In this document: piece by piece, positions 29,479 through 39,926 of the stretch
Numbering within the stretch: position 1 is the first letter of the stretch
How the letters are laid out: every line of letters begins with the position of its first letter
Source of the DNA: Candidatus Binatia bacterium
GTDB taxonomy: Bacteria > Desulfobacterota > Binatia > UBA9968 > CAXXLF01
NCBI GenBank assembly: GCA_963664015.2
Contig: CAXXLF010000002.1
Coordinates: 1,888,001-1,952,000, forward strand
DNA length: 64,000 nucleotides
Direction: 5' to 3'
Program-made: the position numbers and the translations under genes
The notes under the pieces: generated by a model
Told to the model about the DNA's origin: nothing
Seen by the model: the letters and a program-made list of their open reading frames with translations, nothing else
Database searches by the model: none

Positions 29479-30288
29479 TTACAAAAACTCCAGCACGTCT
29501 TGGTTGAACTGATCAGGAACCAGGGTGGGCAAGTAATGTCCCGCGTCATAGAGCACCGTCTTGGACCCTTTGATGAGGCTGTGGATTTCCTCACCCATTT
29601 CCAAGGCATTGGTCTGATCGTTCTTTTCCCAGAGGATTAACGTTGGAAGGGTGATCTGCGCCAGCCTGCGAATGGTATTGTATCGTACCGGATGCAGGTT
29701 GTCGTTCATGTGGGTCATGATCTTTTGGTGGGCCTCGACGGCCCCGGGAATTTGGGCCTTGGCGTAGTCCTCCTCCACCCGCTTGTCCAGATTCCCGTGG
29801 TATGACGGATGCGTGCGCTAGGTCATATGCTTTTTGATTGTTTCCTTGGTGGGCGGCTTGAACTGGGTCATGCTGGCAAGGGTCCGGGGCGTCGCCCCAC
29901 CGGGGGCCGCGAGAACCAGCTTGTGTACCCGGTTCGGACTCTCATAGGCAAAGATCGAGGCAATCCATCCCCCCATGGAGTGGCCGACGATGTTGGTCTT
30001 CTCCAAGCCCAGTGCGTCTTGAAACTCACGTATGTGATCGACGAGATAGGCAAAGGAGTATTCGCGATCGAATCGGTCTCCCTTCTCCCAACCCAGGCAG
30101 TCGACGGCCAGGACCCGGACTTTCTTGGAAAGGGGTCCGATATTAAAGCACCAGTTATCCGCGCCGCCACCGAAGCCCACGCCGTGGATGAGGATGGTCG
30201 GATAACCAGCCCCTGCCTCCAGATAGCGTGTCTTGCCGTGACTCAGCTCTACGTATTTATCGGCGATAACAGATGATTCGGTGGCCAT
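29479..30288 (-). pseudogene. Alpha/beta hydrolase (meta-cleavage product hydrolase-like) with an in-frame TAG
   Basis: IHGVG, GHSMGG; TAG at 29818-29820, after which the same frame continues to AGHYL. Confidence 0.82.
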
Positions 30289-30487
30289 AAATTGATCCCT
30301 CCTCCTATGGGACGCCGCAAGTTAGCAAGTTAGTTTGTTGATTGCGGTTCCCTGAAAATTCGAACGGTTTGATCCTATCCGTGGAGTGTTTTAGGTGTCA
30401 AGCGGAGGGGCGGCCGAGCGCAAGTTAAAAGGAAAAAGGCAAAAATCTTGGACGAAGGAAACAGAAGCAAAGGGTTAAGAATACTTA

Positions 30488-30975
30488 GGCGCAGATTTAC
30501 GGAAAAAGATAACTCGCGCAAAGGCGCAAAGGGCGCCAAGTTCGGAGAAGATACGTTAACCGCAGATTTACGTAGATATTCGCCGATAAAAATCAAGAAT
30601 ATAACCGTAGAGGTGCAGAGTACGCTGAGAGCCGGAGGTCAGACGTCAGCAGTCAGGGGTCAGAAATACAGTAAGCAGTGCACAGCAGGATCTTTGCTAA
30701 GAGCAGCAGGCAATTATTTTTGTTTGGCGGGAGATGACGTCAAACAAAAAGGCTCGCCCGTGGAGTTGATGCCCGGTACTCCATGGGCAGGCTCTTTTGG
30801 CCAATCGGTATCTCCCGAATGGCCAAAAAGTAACTTCTCCCCGTCCTCCACTCCTCCGCAGTCAATCCGGAATCTGCGTTAATCGGCAAAAAACGCCGGT
30901 GAAGTCTTCTCTGTGTTTTTCTCTGCGCCCTCTGCGTCTCTGTGGTGAATATATCTTCTCCCTGCTTTGTGCTAT
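30488..30975. repeat. Modular palindromic intergenic mosaic, copy 6, with three central hairpins
   Basis: Left modules CGCAAAG, CGCAGATT, GCAGAG, GGTCAG, CAGTAAGCAG; hairpins at 30717-30750, 30756-30788 and 30795-30828; right modules ATCTGCG and CTCTGCG. Confidence 0.88.
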
Positions 30976-31055
30976 GCGCGAAGGTTGGGCTGTGATAGAA
31001 ATCCTCGCTGAACCATCCCGTCTGTGCCGGGCTCCGGGGCGCAGGAGGCGAGGCT

Positions 31056-31472
31056 ATGATTGAGATCGAAAGTCTGGATCACTTGGGCATCCGGGTGATG
31101 AACGTGGATCGGGCCCTGACGTTCTATGCGCTGCTTGGATTTGGAGAACCCTTCAAGGTCCCCGATGATGATGTCACGATTATCAGAAACAGGAACGGGG
31201 TCGAGATCAATCTCATCCACAACGGCACAGACGATCACGGATGCAAGAATGTCCTCATGGACGTGCCCGAGAAGTACCCCGGTTACACCCATGCGGCCTT
31301 AAGGGTGACCTCGGTGGCGGCAAGCATCAAATTTCTAGAGGAACACAAGATCCCCATTACGGAGGGACCTGTCGAACTCGGTAAAGGGAATCTGTCGGTA
31401 TTCGTACGGGATCCGGATCGCAATGTGATCGAACTGCGGGGGCGTTCTGGGGAAAAGCTGATCAAAGATTAA
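31056..31472 (+). CDS. VOC/glyoxalase family protein
   Basis: LDHLGIRV, THAAL, FVRDPDRNVIEL. Confidence 0.92.
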   Translation: MIEIESLDHLGIRVMNVDRALTFYALLGFGEPFKVPDDDVTIIRNRNGVEINLIHNGTDDHGCKNVLMDVPEKYPGYTHAALRVTSVAASIKFLEEHKIPITEGPVELGKGNLSVFVRDPDRNVIELRGRSGEKLIKD

Positions 31473-31512
31473 TTCCGGTCTCAGCAATACGGCATGAAGA
31501 ACTCGTCCGACT

Positions 31513-32084
31513 CTATCCGCCCCAGGAGTTGCTAGGGCTCGGTTCCGGCAGTTCCTTGCCATGGCCAACGGTCATGGCGACCTTGGCCAGCCTGGATGGT
31601 CCAGGGCGGTCGGCCGGGCTGCCGTCGCCCGTATAGAGCCACTGGATTTCACCAACGCGGTTGACGACCATGCTCATGGGCCTGGCGATAAAGCCCCGTT
31701 TATCACTCTCCCTGACTGCGCCCGCCTTGCGAATCAGCTCTCCTATAGGGTCACAGATGAGGCGAACGGGAAAGGGTTCCACGGGCATTCCCGGTCGATC
31801 CTCGAAACTATCGGCGATGACACGTGCGCGTAGTTTCATCCCCTCATCGGCGGCCTGCACACTGATGCCCAGAATTTGGATTCCCTCGGGTCGGTATTGG
31901 TCTGCTTCGTAGACAAAGGCCGTCACCTGGGCCCGGCACCAGGGTCAGAAGCGGCCTCGGTAAAAAAAGCGACGCTGGCAGGCGCGTGTGAAAATATCTG
32001 GGGGAACTCCACCCAGTTACCATCAATGTCTTGGAGGCGTGCGATCGGAAAGATTTCTCCTAATGCCAAACCGGCCATCTTCAT
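31513..32084 (-). CDS. Peroxiredoxin-like (AhpC/TSA/redoxin) protein with a UxxC site (in-frame TGA), split by a homopolymer frameshift
   Basis: Restoring one T in the T7 run (+ strand A 31962-31968) gives VAFFYRGRF-TGA-PWCRAQ; downstream ILGISV, LICDP, ARPMSMVV. Confidence 0.72.
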
Positions 32085-32198
32085 GTTCCTTCCCAGATGA
32101 TGAGCTACCGAATTCCTAAACGGTTCGAAGCGACTGTGAAGTTTAGCTATCAAACGGCAGATAGGCTGTCAATGGAGGGAAGAAAAGAGGCGTTTGAG

Positions 32199-32546
32199 TT
32201 AATTGATGACACCGAGCTTTTCCCCTACCTTGGAGAAAGCGGCGACTGTGGCGTCCATATGTTTCTGCTCGTGGGCGGCGGACAGTTGGACCCGAATACG
32301 GGCTTCCCCTTTGGGGACGACCGGGTAGGGGAAAGCGATGACGTAGACGCCTTCTTTTAAGAGCTCGTCGGCCATGGGTTGGGCCAGCTTGGCGTCGTAG
32401 AGCATTATAGGGACGATGGGGTGGTGACCGGGCTTGATTTCGAAGCCTGCCCTTTGCATCCTCTGTCTGAAGGTACGGGCATTGGCCTCCAGTCGATCCC
32501 TCAACTCGGTGGTCGACGACAAGAGCCCCAGGACCTTGAGGCCCGC
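32199..32546 (-). pseudogene. kbl: C-terminal fragment of glycine C-acetyltransferase (2-amino-3-ketobutyrate CoA ligase)
   Basis: GHHPIVPIMLYDA, GVYVIAFPYPVVPKGEARIRVQLSAAH; the N-terminal two thirds are absent. Confidence 0.85.
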
Positions 32547-33134
32547 GGTCTCGGGATCGGGTGGTGAATTCGGAGGAATAGAGGTAATTCCAATGAGAGG
32601 AATCGATGCTGCTCTTAACCCCCTGCAGGTAGTTACAGTCAGAAAGTACTTAGCAAAGACTGCGTTGAGGTTTGGGTGCCCGGGTCCACTCGAATTCGGG
32701 GAAAGCTGGCATCTTGTCCGGGGGGCCCATGTAGGTCCACACACCACCGGCGACTTCTCGAGTGGTGTAGGCCCTTTGTTTGATAAGGTCTTTGAAATTG
32801 CTGCCCGGTGGCTCTGCGGGGGGCTCCAGCACATTACCCTCCTCGTCCATTTTCCAGCCATGGTAGATGCAGCGTAGGCCTCCCGCTTCGTTACGGCCGT
32901 AGGCGAGGGAAACTCCTCGGTGTGGACAGTACTTTCCAGTAACCCGATCCTTCCATGGGTGCCTCGAAAGGCCACCAGGTCCTCTCCCAGTAGCCTTACA
33001 GGCTTTGGATTGCAGTCCGGATCAGGTATTTCCTCGGATAGCAGGGCAGGTATCCAATACCGTCTCATCATCTCCCCCATGGGAGTGCTCGGACCTGTTT
33101 TCGTGAGAAGCTCGTTTTCTTCTAAGGAAAGTAT
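32547..33134 (-). pseudogene. Third Rieske oxygenase alpha, N-terminal fragment
   Basis: RBS GGAGG followed by ATA (lost ATG); EENELLTKTGPSTPMGEMMRRYW, VRLLGEDLVAFR; frameshifts; truncated at the kbl junction. Confidence 0.82.
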
Positions 33135-33226
33135 CCTTTACCTCCTTTGAATTCCTCCATCAGCAATTGTAACGGGGCGATCCTAATACGATCTTTTATG
33201 CAGGGCAATGGGCTAGCTCTGTACTA

Positions 33227-33931
33227 TTATCCGCCTTCGCGGGAGACCGCGGGCGTAAGCCCGCGGAGGCTTCCTTTCATTGATCTCAAAAGGGGCTCCA
33301 TTACCTTCCATACATTTTGAGCCACGATTTTATATCCCTCTGCAGTGGGATGTATCCCATCGGGCATATTGAGTTCCGGGTTCCCCCCGACGCCGTCGAG
33401 CAAGAAACGAATGAGCTCGACCCCGTTGGCTTTTGCCAGGGCAGGGTAGATGGCAGCGAAGTGTGCGGCATAGGGTTGCCCCATGTTGGGAGGGGCCTGC
33501 ATGCCGGCAAGAACGATTTGAACGCCTGGGTATCGGCTCTTGGTTTGGTTGATGATGGATTGGAGGTTCTCCCGGATCAGCTCTACGGGAAGTCCTCTGA
33601 GTGCGTCGTTAATGCCCAGTTCAAGGACCAGGATGTCGATCTCAAGACGCATCAACCAGTCGAGGCGCTGCAATCCGCCGGATGTCGTATCTCCGCTCTG
33701 TCCTGCATTTACGGTCCGATAGTTCCAGCCCAAAGAGTTGATCCGTTGCTGGATCAACGAGGAATAGGCTTCGTTGGGCTCTACGCCGTAACCGGCGGTC
33801 AGGCTGTCGCCGAGAAAGACAATGGTCCGCGGTTTATTGTTATCGGCCATGACGGTCCCTAGGTAAGGGCTCAAAATCAAGAGGAACCAGAGAAGAAGTG
33901 AGCCGGCTCCTTTCATCTTCAACCGATTCAT
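33227..33931 (-). CDS. Arylesterase/acyl-CoA thioesterase I (GDSL/SGNH, TesA-like)
   Basis: FLGDSLTAGYG, NAGQSGDT, ELGIND, DGIHP; divergent from the YbbA/YbbP-like genes, as in the tesA-ybbAP arrangement. Confidence 0.92.
   Translation of the reverse strand: MNRLKMKGAGSLLLWFLLILSPYLGTVMADNNKPRTIVFLGDSLTAGYGVEPNEAYSSLIQQRINSLGWNYRTVNAGQSGDTTSGGLQRLDWLMRLEIDILVLELGINDALRGLPVELIRENLQSIINQTKSRYPGVQIVLAGMQAPPNMGQPYAAHFAAIYPALAKANGVELIRFLLDGVGGNPELNMPDGIHPTAEGYKIVAQNVWKVMEPLLRSMKGSLRGLTPAVSREGG
33247..33266. repeat. Perfect REP-like GC hairpin CCGCGGGC-GTAA-GCCCGCGG inside the arylesterase 3' end
   Basis: Read directly from the sequence. Confidence 0.7.
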
Positions 33932-34035
33932 GATTCTAATAGAGTAACACGCGTTCCTGCCGAGCCGCGTTAGAAATTCAAAGAGTGGTTAATCCTGCGG
34001 TTGGATCTTTTCAGGTTAAACGTCCCATTGAGCCT

Positions 34036-34761
34036 ATGAAGGAATCAACGATATTAGATGTCCAGAGTTTAAGCAAGTCCTACAAGAGCGGGGATGGGAC
34101 CCTGGTGGTTTTAAAGAGCATCGCCTTTACACTCACCAAGGGATCGACGTGCGCCCTGGTGGGACCCTCCGGTAGCGGCAAGACAACGCTTCTGGGGCTG
34201 TGTGCGGGGCTCGATCGTCCCAGCTCCGGCTCCGTGGTCCTCAACGGCATCGAATTAGGCAGCCTGAGTGAGGACCAGCTGTCCGAGTTCAGGAACAAGC
34301 ATACGGGGTTTATATTTCAGACCTTCCAATTGATTTCCACCCTCACCGCGTTGGAGAACGTCATGGTCCCGGCGGAGCTTCGCGGCGAGCCCGATGCCAG
34401 GAGCCACGCCATGGAGCTGCTGGAGTGTGTCGGTTTGGGCGACCGAACCCATCACTATCCGGTGCAACTCTCGGGAGGCGAACAGCAGCGTGTGGCCATT
34501 GCCCGCAGTTTTATCAACCGCCCCAGAGTGTTGTTTGCCGATGAACCCACCGGCAACCTGGACGCTGAGACGGGAAAGAAGATCGTCACCCTGCTCTTTG
34601 AGCTGAACGCACTGGCGGGAACCACGCTGATTTTGGCCACTCATGATACGGCCCTCTCCCAGCATACCGCCCGTGTCATCCAGATCAAGGGTGGTCAAAT
34701 CGTTTCCGATATTACCAAGGAACCCTCTCAACCAGCCCTTGAGGAGGCATCTTCAGGATGA
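34036..34761 (+). CDS. ABC transporter ATP-binding protein (YbbA/LolD-like)
   Basis: [27 protein letters not shown]. Confidence 0.95.
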   Translation: MKESTILDVQSLSKSYKSGDGTLVVLKSIAFTLTKGSTCALVGPSGSGKTTLLGLCAGLDRPSSGSVVLNGIELGSLSEDQLSEFRNKHTGFIFQTFQLISTLTALENVMVPAELRGEPDARSHAMELLECVGLGDRTHHYPVQLSGGEQQRVAIARSFINRPRVLFADEPTGNLDAETGKKIVTLLFELNALAGTTLILATHDTALSQHTARVIQIKGGQIVSDITKEPSQPALEEASSG

Positions 34762-34801
34762 CTGGGAAGAGCCGATAAATCTCCATTGAGAGTCTTGCCC
34801 A

Positions 34802-37348
34802 ATGATAGGCTTGAACCTCTTTGACTCTTGGGTTTGGAAGATGGCCTGGCGTGATAGCCGGTTCAGCCGCAAGCGGCTTTTTCTGTCCATGGCATGCATC
34901 ACCTTTGGCGTTGCCGCCTTGGTCGCCATCACCTCATTTAGCGAAAACCTGCAACAGACCATAGATCAACAATCGAAAATCCTGCTGGGGGCCGACCTGG
35001 TAATCAGGAGCCGACGGCCCTTTCGGAATGAATCGGAAGTTCTATTGACCTCTATTGGCGGAGAACGGGCGCGCCAGGCCAGCTTTGCCTCTATGGTCTA
35101 CTTCCCCAAGAGCGGATCGACGCGCCTTGCAAGGATTCGTGCCTTGGAAGGAGATTTCCCTTTCTACGGTGATCTGGAGACCGATCCCGAAGAAGGGGCG
35201 GAGAGCTTTCGCAGCGGATCCGGAGCGATTGTCGACGAAAGCCTCATGCTTCAATTCGATGTCCACGTGGGCGATCCCATCAAGATCGGTGCCCACACCT
35301 TTCGTATCACGGGAAAGATCAAGAAGATCCCCGGTGAGTCCGTGGCCATCGGGCTACTTCAACCCAGGGTCTACATTCCCATGGGTTCCTTGGGCGCGAC
35401 CAAGTTGGTTCGCAAGGGAAGCATCGTAACGTACCGTGCCTTTTTCAAGTTCGATGATGGACGGGATGTGGAGGCGCTCATCCAATCCATCAAGCCCCAG
35501 TTGCGCGAATACGGTCTCAGGGCCACGACGGTCCAGCAGCGAAAGCGGCGTCTGGGTCGGATCATGGAAAATCTGCCGCGCTTCCTGAACCTGGTGGGAT
35601 TTCTTGCCCTGCTGCTTGGCGGCGTCGGGGTGGCCAGTGCCATCCATGTCTACGTCAGACAGAAGATCACTACGGTGGCGGTCCTGCGCTGTGTAGGTGC
35701 AAAGGCAGGACGCATCTTTGCCGTTTATCTTGTTCAGTCCATGGTCATGGGACTGCTCGGGAGCATCCTTGGGGTTTTAGCTGGAGTTGGGGTGCAGAGG
35801 TGGCTGCCTAGGGTCCTGGCGGATTTCCTCCCTATGGAAATTGTCGTGACCGTTTCGTGGTCCGCTGTGCTCATGGGTCTGGCCGTCGGGCTGGCCGTTG
35901 CCTTGCTCTTTGCCCTGCTTCCCCTGATATCCCTGAAACGGGTCTCGCCCCTACTCACACTTCGATCCTCATTTGAAAACTCGCTGCCGTCGTTCATGGA
36001 TCCTCCTCGGATAATCGTCCTGTTGTTGATTGCCATTGGCATTGGCGCATTTGCCGTGTTCCAGACACAGAACTGGAATCAGGGGCTAGGATTTACTGCC
36101 GGGCTGGTTCTGGCCGCCGGACTCTTGATCGGTTTGGCTCGGGTGTTGATACTCGTCGCCAGAAAGTTTTTCCCCCAGTCGTGGCCCTATGTCTGGCGTC
36201 AGGGCCTGGCCAATCTCTACCGTCCCAACAATCAGACCAGTGTGCTCATGCTATCACTTGGCCTGGGTACCTTCTTGATAATGACGCTGCACTTCTCGCA
36301 ACGTATGTTGTTGGACCAGGTGGTTTGGACTGCCGGGGGGGGGCGCCCCAATATGGTCCTGTTCGATGTCCAACCGCAGCAGAGAAAGGGCCTGGCTGAT
36401 TTGCTTGCCAGTCATAAGGTGCCCCTGCTTCAGGAGATCCCCATTGTCACCATGCGTTTGTTGTCTGTGAATGGGCGTAGTACCCAGGAGATTAGAAGCG
36501 ATCCAAAATCTGATATACCCCGGTGGGTCCTGAGAAGGGAGTACCGATCGACCTATCGGAACCACTTGGTGGAGACCGAAAGGCTGATTGCCGGTTCCTT
36601 GAATGGGAGTCCGAATCTCGAAGGCTCCCCCAACTGGGTCTCCCTGGAGAAGGGCATTGCCGAAGATCTCATGGTCGGCGTCGGTGATGAGTTGGTATTC
36701 GACATTTCCGGAGTGCCCTTGCGGACCCGAGTGGGCAGCATTCGGCAGGTGAACTGGCAGCGGTTTCAACCCAATTTTTTCATCGTCTTTGCCGAAGGGT
36801 TATTGGAAAAAGCCCCGCAGTTTTTCGTGCAGGTGACCCGGATCGCCAACGGTGAAGCGTCTGCCGGTCTGCAACGAGCGGTGGTACAAAACTTCCCCAA
36901 TGTTTCTGCTATCGATCTGTCCCTGGTCCTCACGACGGTCGACGCAGTGTTGAAGCGGGTTTATTTCGCAATCCGATTCGTAGCGCTCTTCAGCATTATA
37001 ACAGGGCTCCTGGTCTTGGCCAGTTCCGTTCTAACCAGCCGATACCAGCGCTTTAGGGAAAGTGTCCTGCTACGGACGCTGGGGGCCACTCGGGCTCAGG
37101 TAAGAAACATAATGTTGATCGAATACCTGTTCCTGGGAGGAGTGGCCTCTCTGGCTGGGTCGCTTCTTGCCCTTGGTGCGAGTTGGGGACTGGCCCATTT
37201 CGTTTTTGAGGTCGTTTATGTGCCCCGAGGAGAAGGGGTCTTGATTGCTGTAGTTGCGGTAATCGGTTTGACCCTTCTCATCGGTATGCTGAACAGCCGG
37301 AGAATCTGTGACCGGCCCCCTTTAGAGGTCCTGCGGTATGAGAACTGA
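34802..37348 (+). CDS. ABC transporter permease (YbbP/FtsX-like)
   Basis: 848 aa with two FtsX-like halves; LRCVGA and LRTLGA. Confidence 0.93.
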   Translation: MIGLNLFDSWVWKMAWRDSRFSRKRLFLSMACITFGVAALVAITSFSENLQQTIDQQSKILLGADLVIRSRRPFRNESEVLLTSIGGERARQASFASMVYFPKSGSTRLARIRALEGDFPFYGDLETDPEEGAESFRSGSGAIVDESLMLQFDVHVGDPIKIGAHTFRITGKIKKIPGESVAIGLLQPRVYIPMGSLGATKLVRKGSIVTYRAFFKFDDGRDVEALIQSIKPQLREYGLRATTVQQRKRRLGRIMENLPRFLNLVGFLALLLGGVGVASAIHVYVRQKITTVAVLRCVGAKAGRIFAVYLVQSMVMGLLGSILGVLAGVGVQRWLPRVLADFLPMEIVVTVSWSAVLMGLAVGLAVALLFALLPLISLKRVSPLLTLRSSFENSLPSFMDPPRIIVLLLIAIGIGAFAVFQTQNWNQGLGFTAGLVLAAGLLIGLARVLILVARKFFPQSWPYVWRQGLANLYRPNNQTSVLMLSLGLGTFLIMTLHFSQRMLLDQVVWTAGGGRPNMVLFDVQPQQRKGLADLLASHKVPLLQEIPIVTMRLLSVNGRSTQEIRSDPKSDIPRWVLRREYRSTYRNHLVETERLIAGSLNGSPNLEGSPNWVSLEKGIAEDLMVGVGDELVFDISGVPLRTRVGSIRQVNWQRFQPNFFIVFAEGLLEKAPQFFVQVTRIANGEASAGLQRAVVQNFPNVSAIDLSLVLTTVDAVLKRVYFAIRFVALFSIITGLLVLASSVLTSRYQRFRESVLLRTLGATRAQVRNIMLIEYLFLGGVASLAGSLLALGASWGLAHFVFEVVYVPRGEGVLIAVVAVIGLTLLIGMLNSRRICDRPPLEVLRYEN

Positions 37349-37461
37349 CCGGTTGCCTAAAGAATGGCTCAACGACTAGAACCACGGGTGTACGGCTCGG
37401 TGTTAACCGCAAGGCGTCGGTTATTGACGGGTAGGGATTCGATGTCTAGGCTAATGGGCCA

Positions 37462-38409
37462 ATGCTGGGGTATGATGGCGGACCGTCGACCCTAGGCGCC
37501 TGGAGTGCAGACTTGCTGAGTTTCAAACGAGCGCGTCGTTGGCTTCTCTACCGTGCTTGCATGGGTATCGCGATCTCTTACCGCGGGTTGTATCGAGCCC
37601 TGCCCGTTGGTCTATTTAATCTTATCTCCATACTATTGATTCGCGTCCTGGTTCTTTCTCTGTATTCTCGTAAACGTATCGTTAAGAACCTGCACCTGGG
37701 CTTTGGGCATACCTTTTCATGGCCTGCCAAGCGGGGAATGGCCAGAGGGGTGCAGGCCAATCTGGAACAGGGCATCCGGGACTGTCTCTTTCAATGGCTG
37801 GATCCGGAAAAGGTTCGGATGTCGGTAGGGATCCAGGGTGTGGAACACCTTCAGTCCGCACTTTCCAAGGGGAAAGGGGTGATCGCCCTGGGTGCCCATC
37901 TGGGCAATTTTATCCTGGTGGGGGCACGGCTGGGGATTGAGGGTTACCCCTTCCATACCCTGATCCGCTTTCCCGAAGACCCCAAAACCAAGTCCTTCCT
38001 TGAAAAGCATGTGGCTGCCTATTATCAGCACCTCCTTCCCTCCATGCCGCGGAGAGCTGCCGTGGAGAAAATCCTGGAGGTGCTTAGGAAAAATGAGATT
38101 GTTTTTATCCTTGGCGACAACTTTAAACGGGGACGAGTGCATGCCCAATTCTTCGGGCAACCTATTCGCTCTTCCCGGGGGCCCGTCAGCCTTGCCTTAC
38201 GCTCTGGCGCTGCGGTCCTGCCGACCTATCTGATCAGGAACGATCAAGGGGAAATGGAACTCCGAATCGACCCCGAGATCCCAATTGGACGGAACGGCGA
38301 CTTGTCGTCTGATATTGTCACCAATACCCAGCGTATGACCGCTATTATCGAGAAGTTGGTCCGGCGCTATCCGGATCAGTGGAATTGGCTTACCGTGCGC
38401 TTTGAATGA
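37462..38409 (+). CDS. Lysophospholipid/lipid A acyltransferase (LpxL-like family)
   Basis: GKGVIALGAHLGNF, YPDQWNW; TTGACG-N17-TAGGCT upstream; start uncertain. Confidence 0.82.
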   Translation: MLGYDGGPSTLGAWSADLLSFKRARRWLLYRACMGIAISYRGLYRALPVGLFNLISILLIRVLVLSLYSRKRIVKNLHLGFGHTFSWPAKRGMARGVQANLEQGIRDCLFQWLDPEKVRMSVGIQGVEHLQSALSKGKGVIALGAHLGNFILVGARLGIEGYPFHTLIRFPEDPKTKSFLEKHVAAYYQHLLPSMPRRAAVEKILEVLRKNEIVFILGDNFKRGRVHAQFFGQPIRSSRGPVSLALRSGAAVLPTYLIRNDQGEMELRIDPEIPIGRNGDLSSDIVTNTQRMTAIIEKLVRRYPDQWNWLTVRFE

Positions 38410-38495
38410 AGGGGAGCTTCGGACGAGCTATGGTGCCCAATCGGTGTCATCGGCAACGATAGTGGGGACGTGAGATTGGCTTGGCCGGCCCGGCA

Positions 38496-38977
38496 CTACC
38501 GGGGGAGAACCAGATAAACATCATCCGAGTCGTATTGATTTTTTCCTTGCCCATTCGGCCCGAAGGAGCCTAGGACGGAAAATTTTGGCCCGTTCTTTGG
38601 TATTTCTTAGTCCGGGTCAAAAAAGTAATTGTTGCCCCAGGGGTCTAGGGGGATGGACTGAATATAGGGGCCTGCCGGTTTTTGAAGGCGCTGGTGGCCG
38701 AAATCAAGCCAGTGGCGGATGAGGTGAGATCCCAGATCTCCTGATTGGCCGTCTGGCCAATAGTGTTGGGACCGGGCCACTTCTCGGTATCCGCTGCCAG
38801 TGCCTCTACGGCGAGATGAATGTTTTTGAGCTCCGCTCTGGCACGGCCAATCTTTGCCGTTTCTCTGTAAGTTAGATAGGTGGGAACGGAGATCGCCGCC
38901 AGGATAGCGATGATACCGAGGTTGACCATCAGTTCAACCAGGGTATACCCCATCTTGTCGGTGAGAATGGATTTCAT
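38496..38977 (-). pseudogene. GspG-like pseudopilin with a prepilin N-methylation motif, broken
   Basis: GYTLVELMV; frameshift near 38670 into GPYIQSIPLDPWGNNY; in-frame TAA at ~38607; continues SFGPNG..DSDD. Confidence 0.75.
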
Positions 38978-39146
38978 CGTCGATCGCACCTGTTTCTAAA
39001 CAGATAAGCTATTGAAAATAAACCACAATTAATTTATAAGTTCAAACCTGTCCAAATGGATGGAAGGTGCAGAGATCGTATCAAATCAGATCCCTATAGA
39101 AGTCCGAGGCGAGGCCGAGTCTAGTTCTAGGATACCCCCCCCCACC

Positions 39147-39926
39147 ATGTGTACACTAGCCCTTTTTTTTCGAGCGATTGATGACTATCCGCTACTCGTT
39201 GCGGCCAATCGGGATGAGCATCTCGACCGGCCGTCGGCGTCCCCCGGGGTTTTGCTTGAGACCCCCTGGGTCTTTGGTGGTAAGGACTTACAGGCTGGAG
39301 GGACCTGGTTGGGCGTCAACGGTCATGGCATGTTCGTTGGGATCCTGAACCGTAGCTCCGGGGAAAAAAAGATGGGCACGAGATCAAGGGGCTTGCTTTG
39401 TTTGGATCTGCTCAAAACTGGGGACCCTGCCGAGGCCAAGCAGGCATTGATGCGGCAGGACGCCAAGGTCTATAACCCTTTCAATCTGGTCTTTGCCAGC
39501 GCGACGGAGTCCTACGTGGCTCATAACGCAGGGGAAAGAATAGAATGCATCAGCTTGGACCCTGGGGTCCATGTGGTCGGAAATGTCTCCATTTACGATC
39601 GTTCGGCTGTAAAGACCAATCACGCCTCGGGGCTGTTCTCGGCTGCTCGTGAGCGAATAGCTTACGGCTCTCCCAGGGTGCCTGACGTGGAACCCGACGG
39701 GGCCGCGGGCATCGCTTCATTGGTGGAGTTGTTTCGAGGCGTCTTGAGCGATCATCAGTTGAGCAAAGGCTCTACCAATCCTCGGCAAACGATCTGTGTC
39801 CATGGAGGTGATTACGGAACAGTTTCATCCTCCGTGCTTATTCTTGCGGAAGGTCAAAGCCAGTTTGATTATTTTCATGCCCCGGGCCCACCCTGCCGGA
39901 ACGAATTCGAAAGGTGCCGGCTTTAA
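39147..39926 (+). CDS. NRDE/TANGO2 family protein
   Basis: MCTL start, AANRDE, GGTWLG, SRGLL, YGTVSS. Confidence 0.92.
   Translation: MCTLALFFRAIDDYPLLVAANRDEHLDRPSASPGVLLETPWVFGGKDLQAGGTWLGVNGHGMFVGILNRSSGEKKMGTRSRGLLCLDLLKTGDPAEAKQALMRQDAKVYNPFNLVFASATESYVAHNAGERIECISLDPGVHVVGNVSIYDRSAVKTNHASGLFSAARERIAYGSPRVPDVEPDGAAGIASLVELFRGVLSDHQLSKGSTNPRQTICVHGGDYGTVSSSVLILAEGQSQFDYFHAPGPPCRNEFERCRL

Noticed and set aside
30375-31063. ORFs with SRKGAKGAK, TADLRRYSPI and SLRPLRLCGE peptides
   Set aside because: These are translations of the 9-nt periodic repeat modules, not credible proteins
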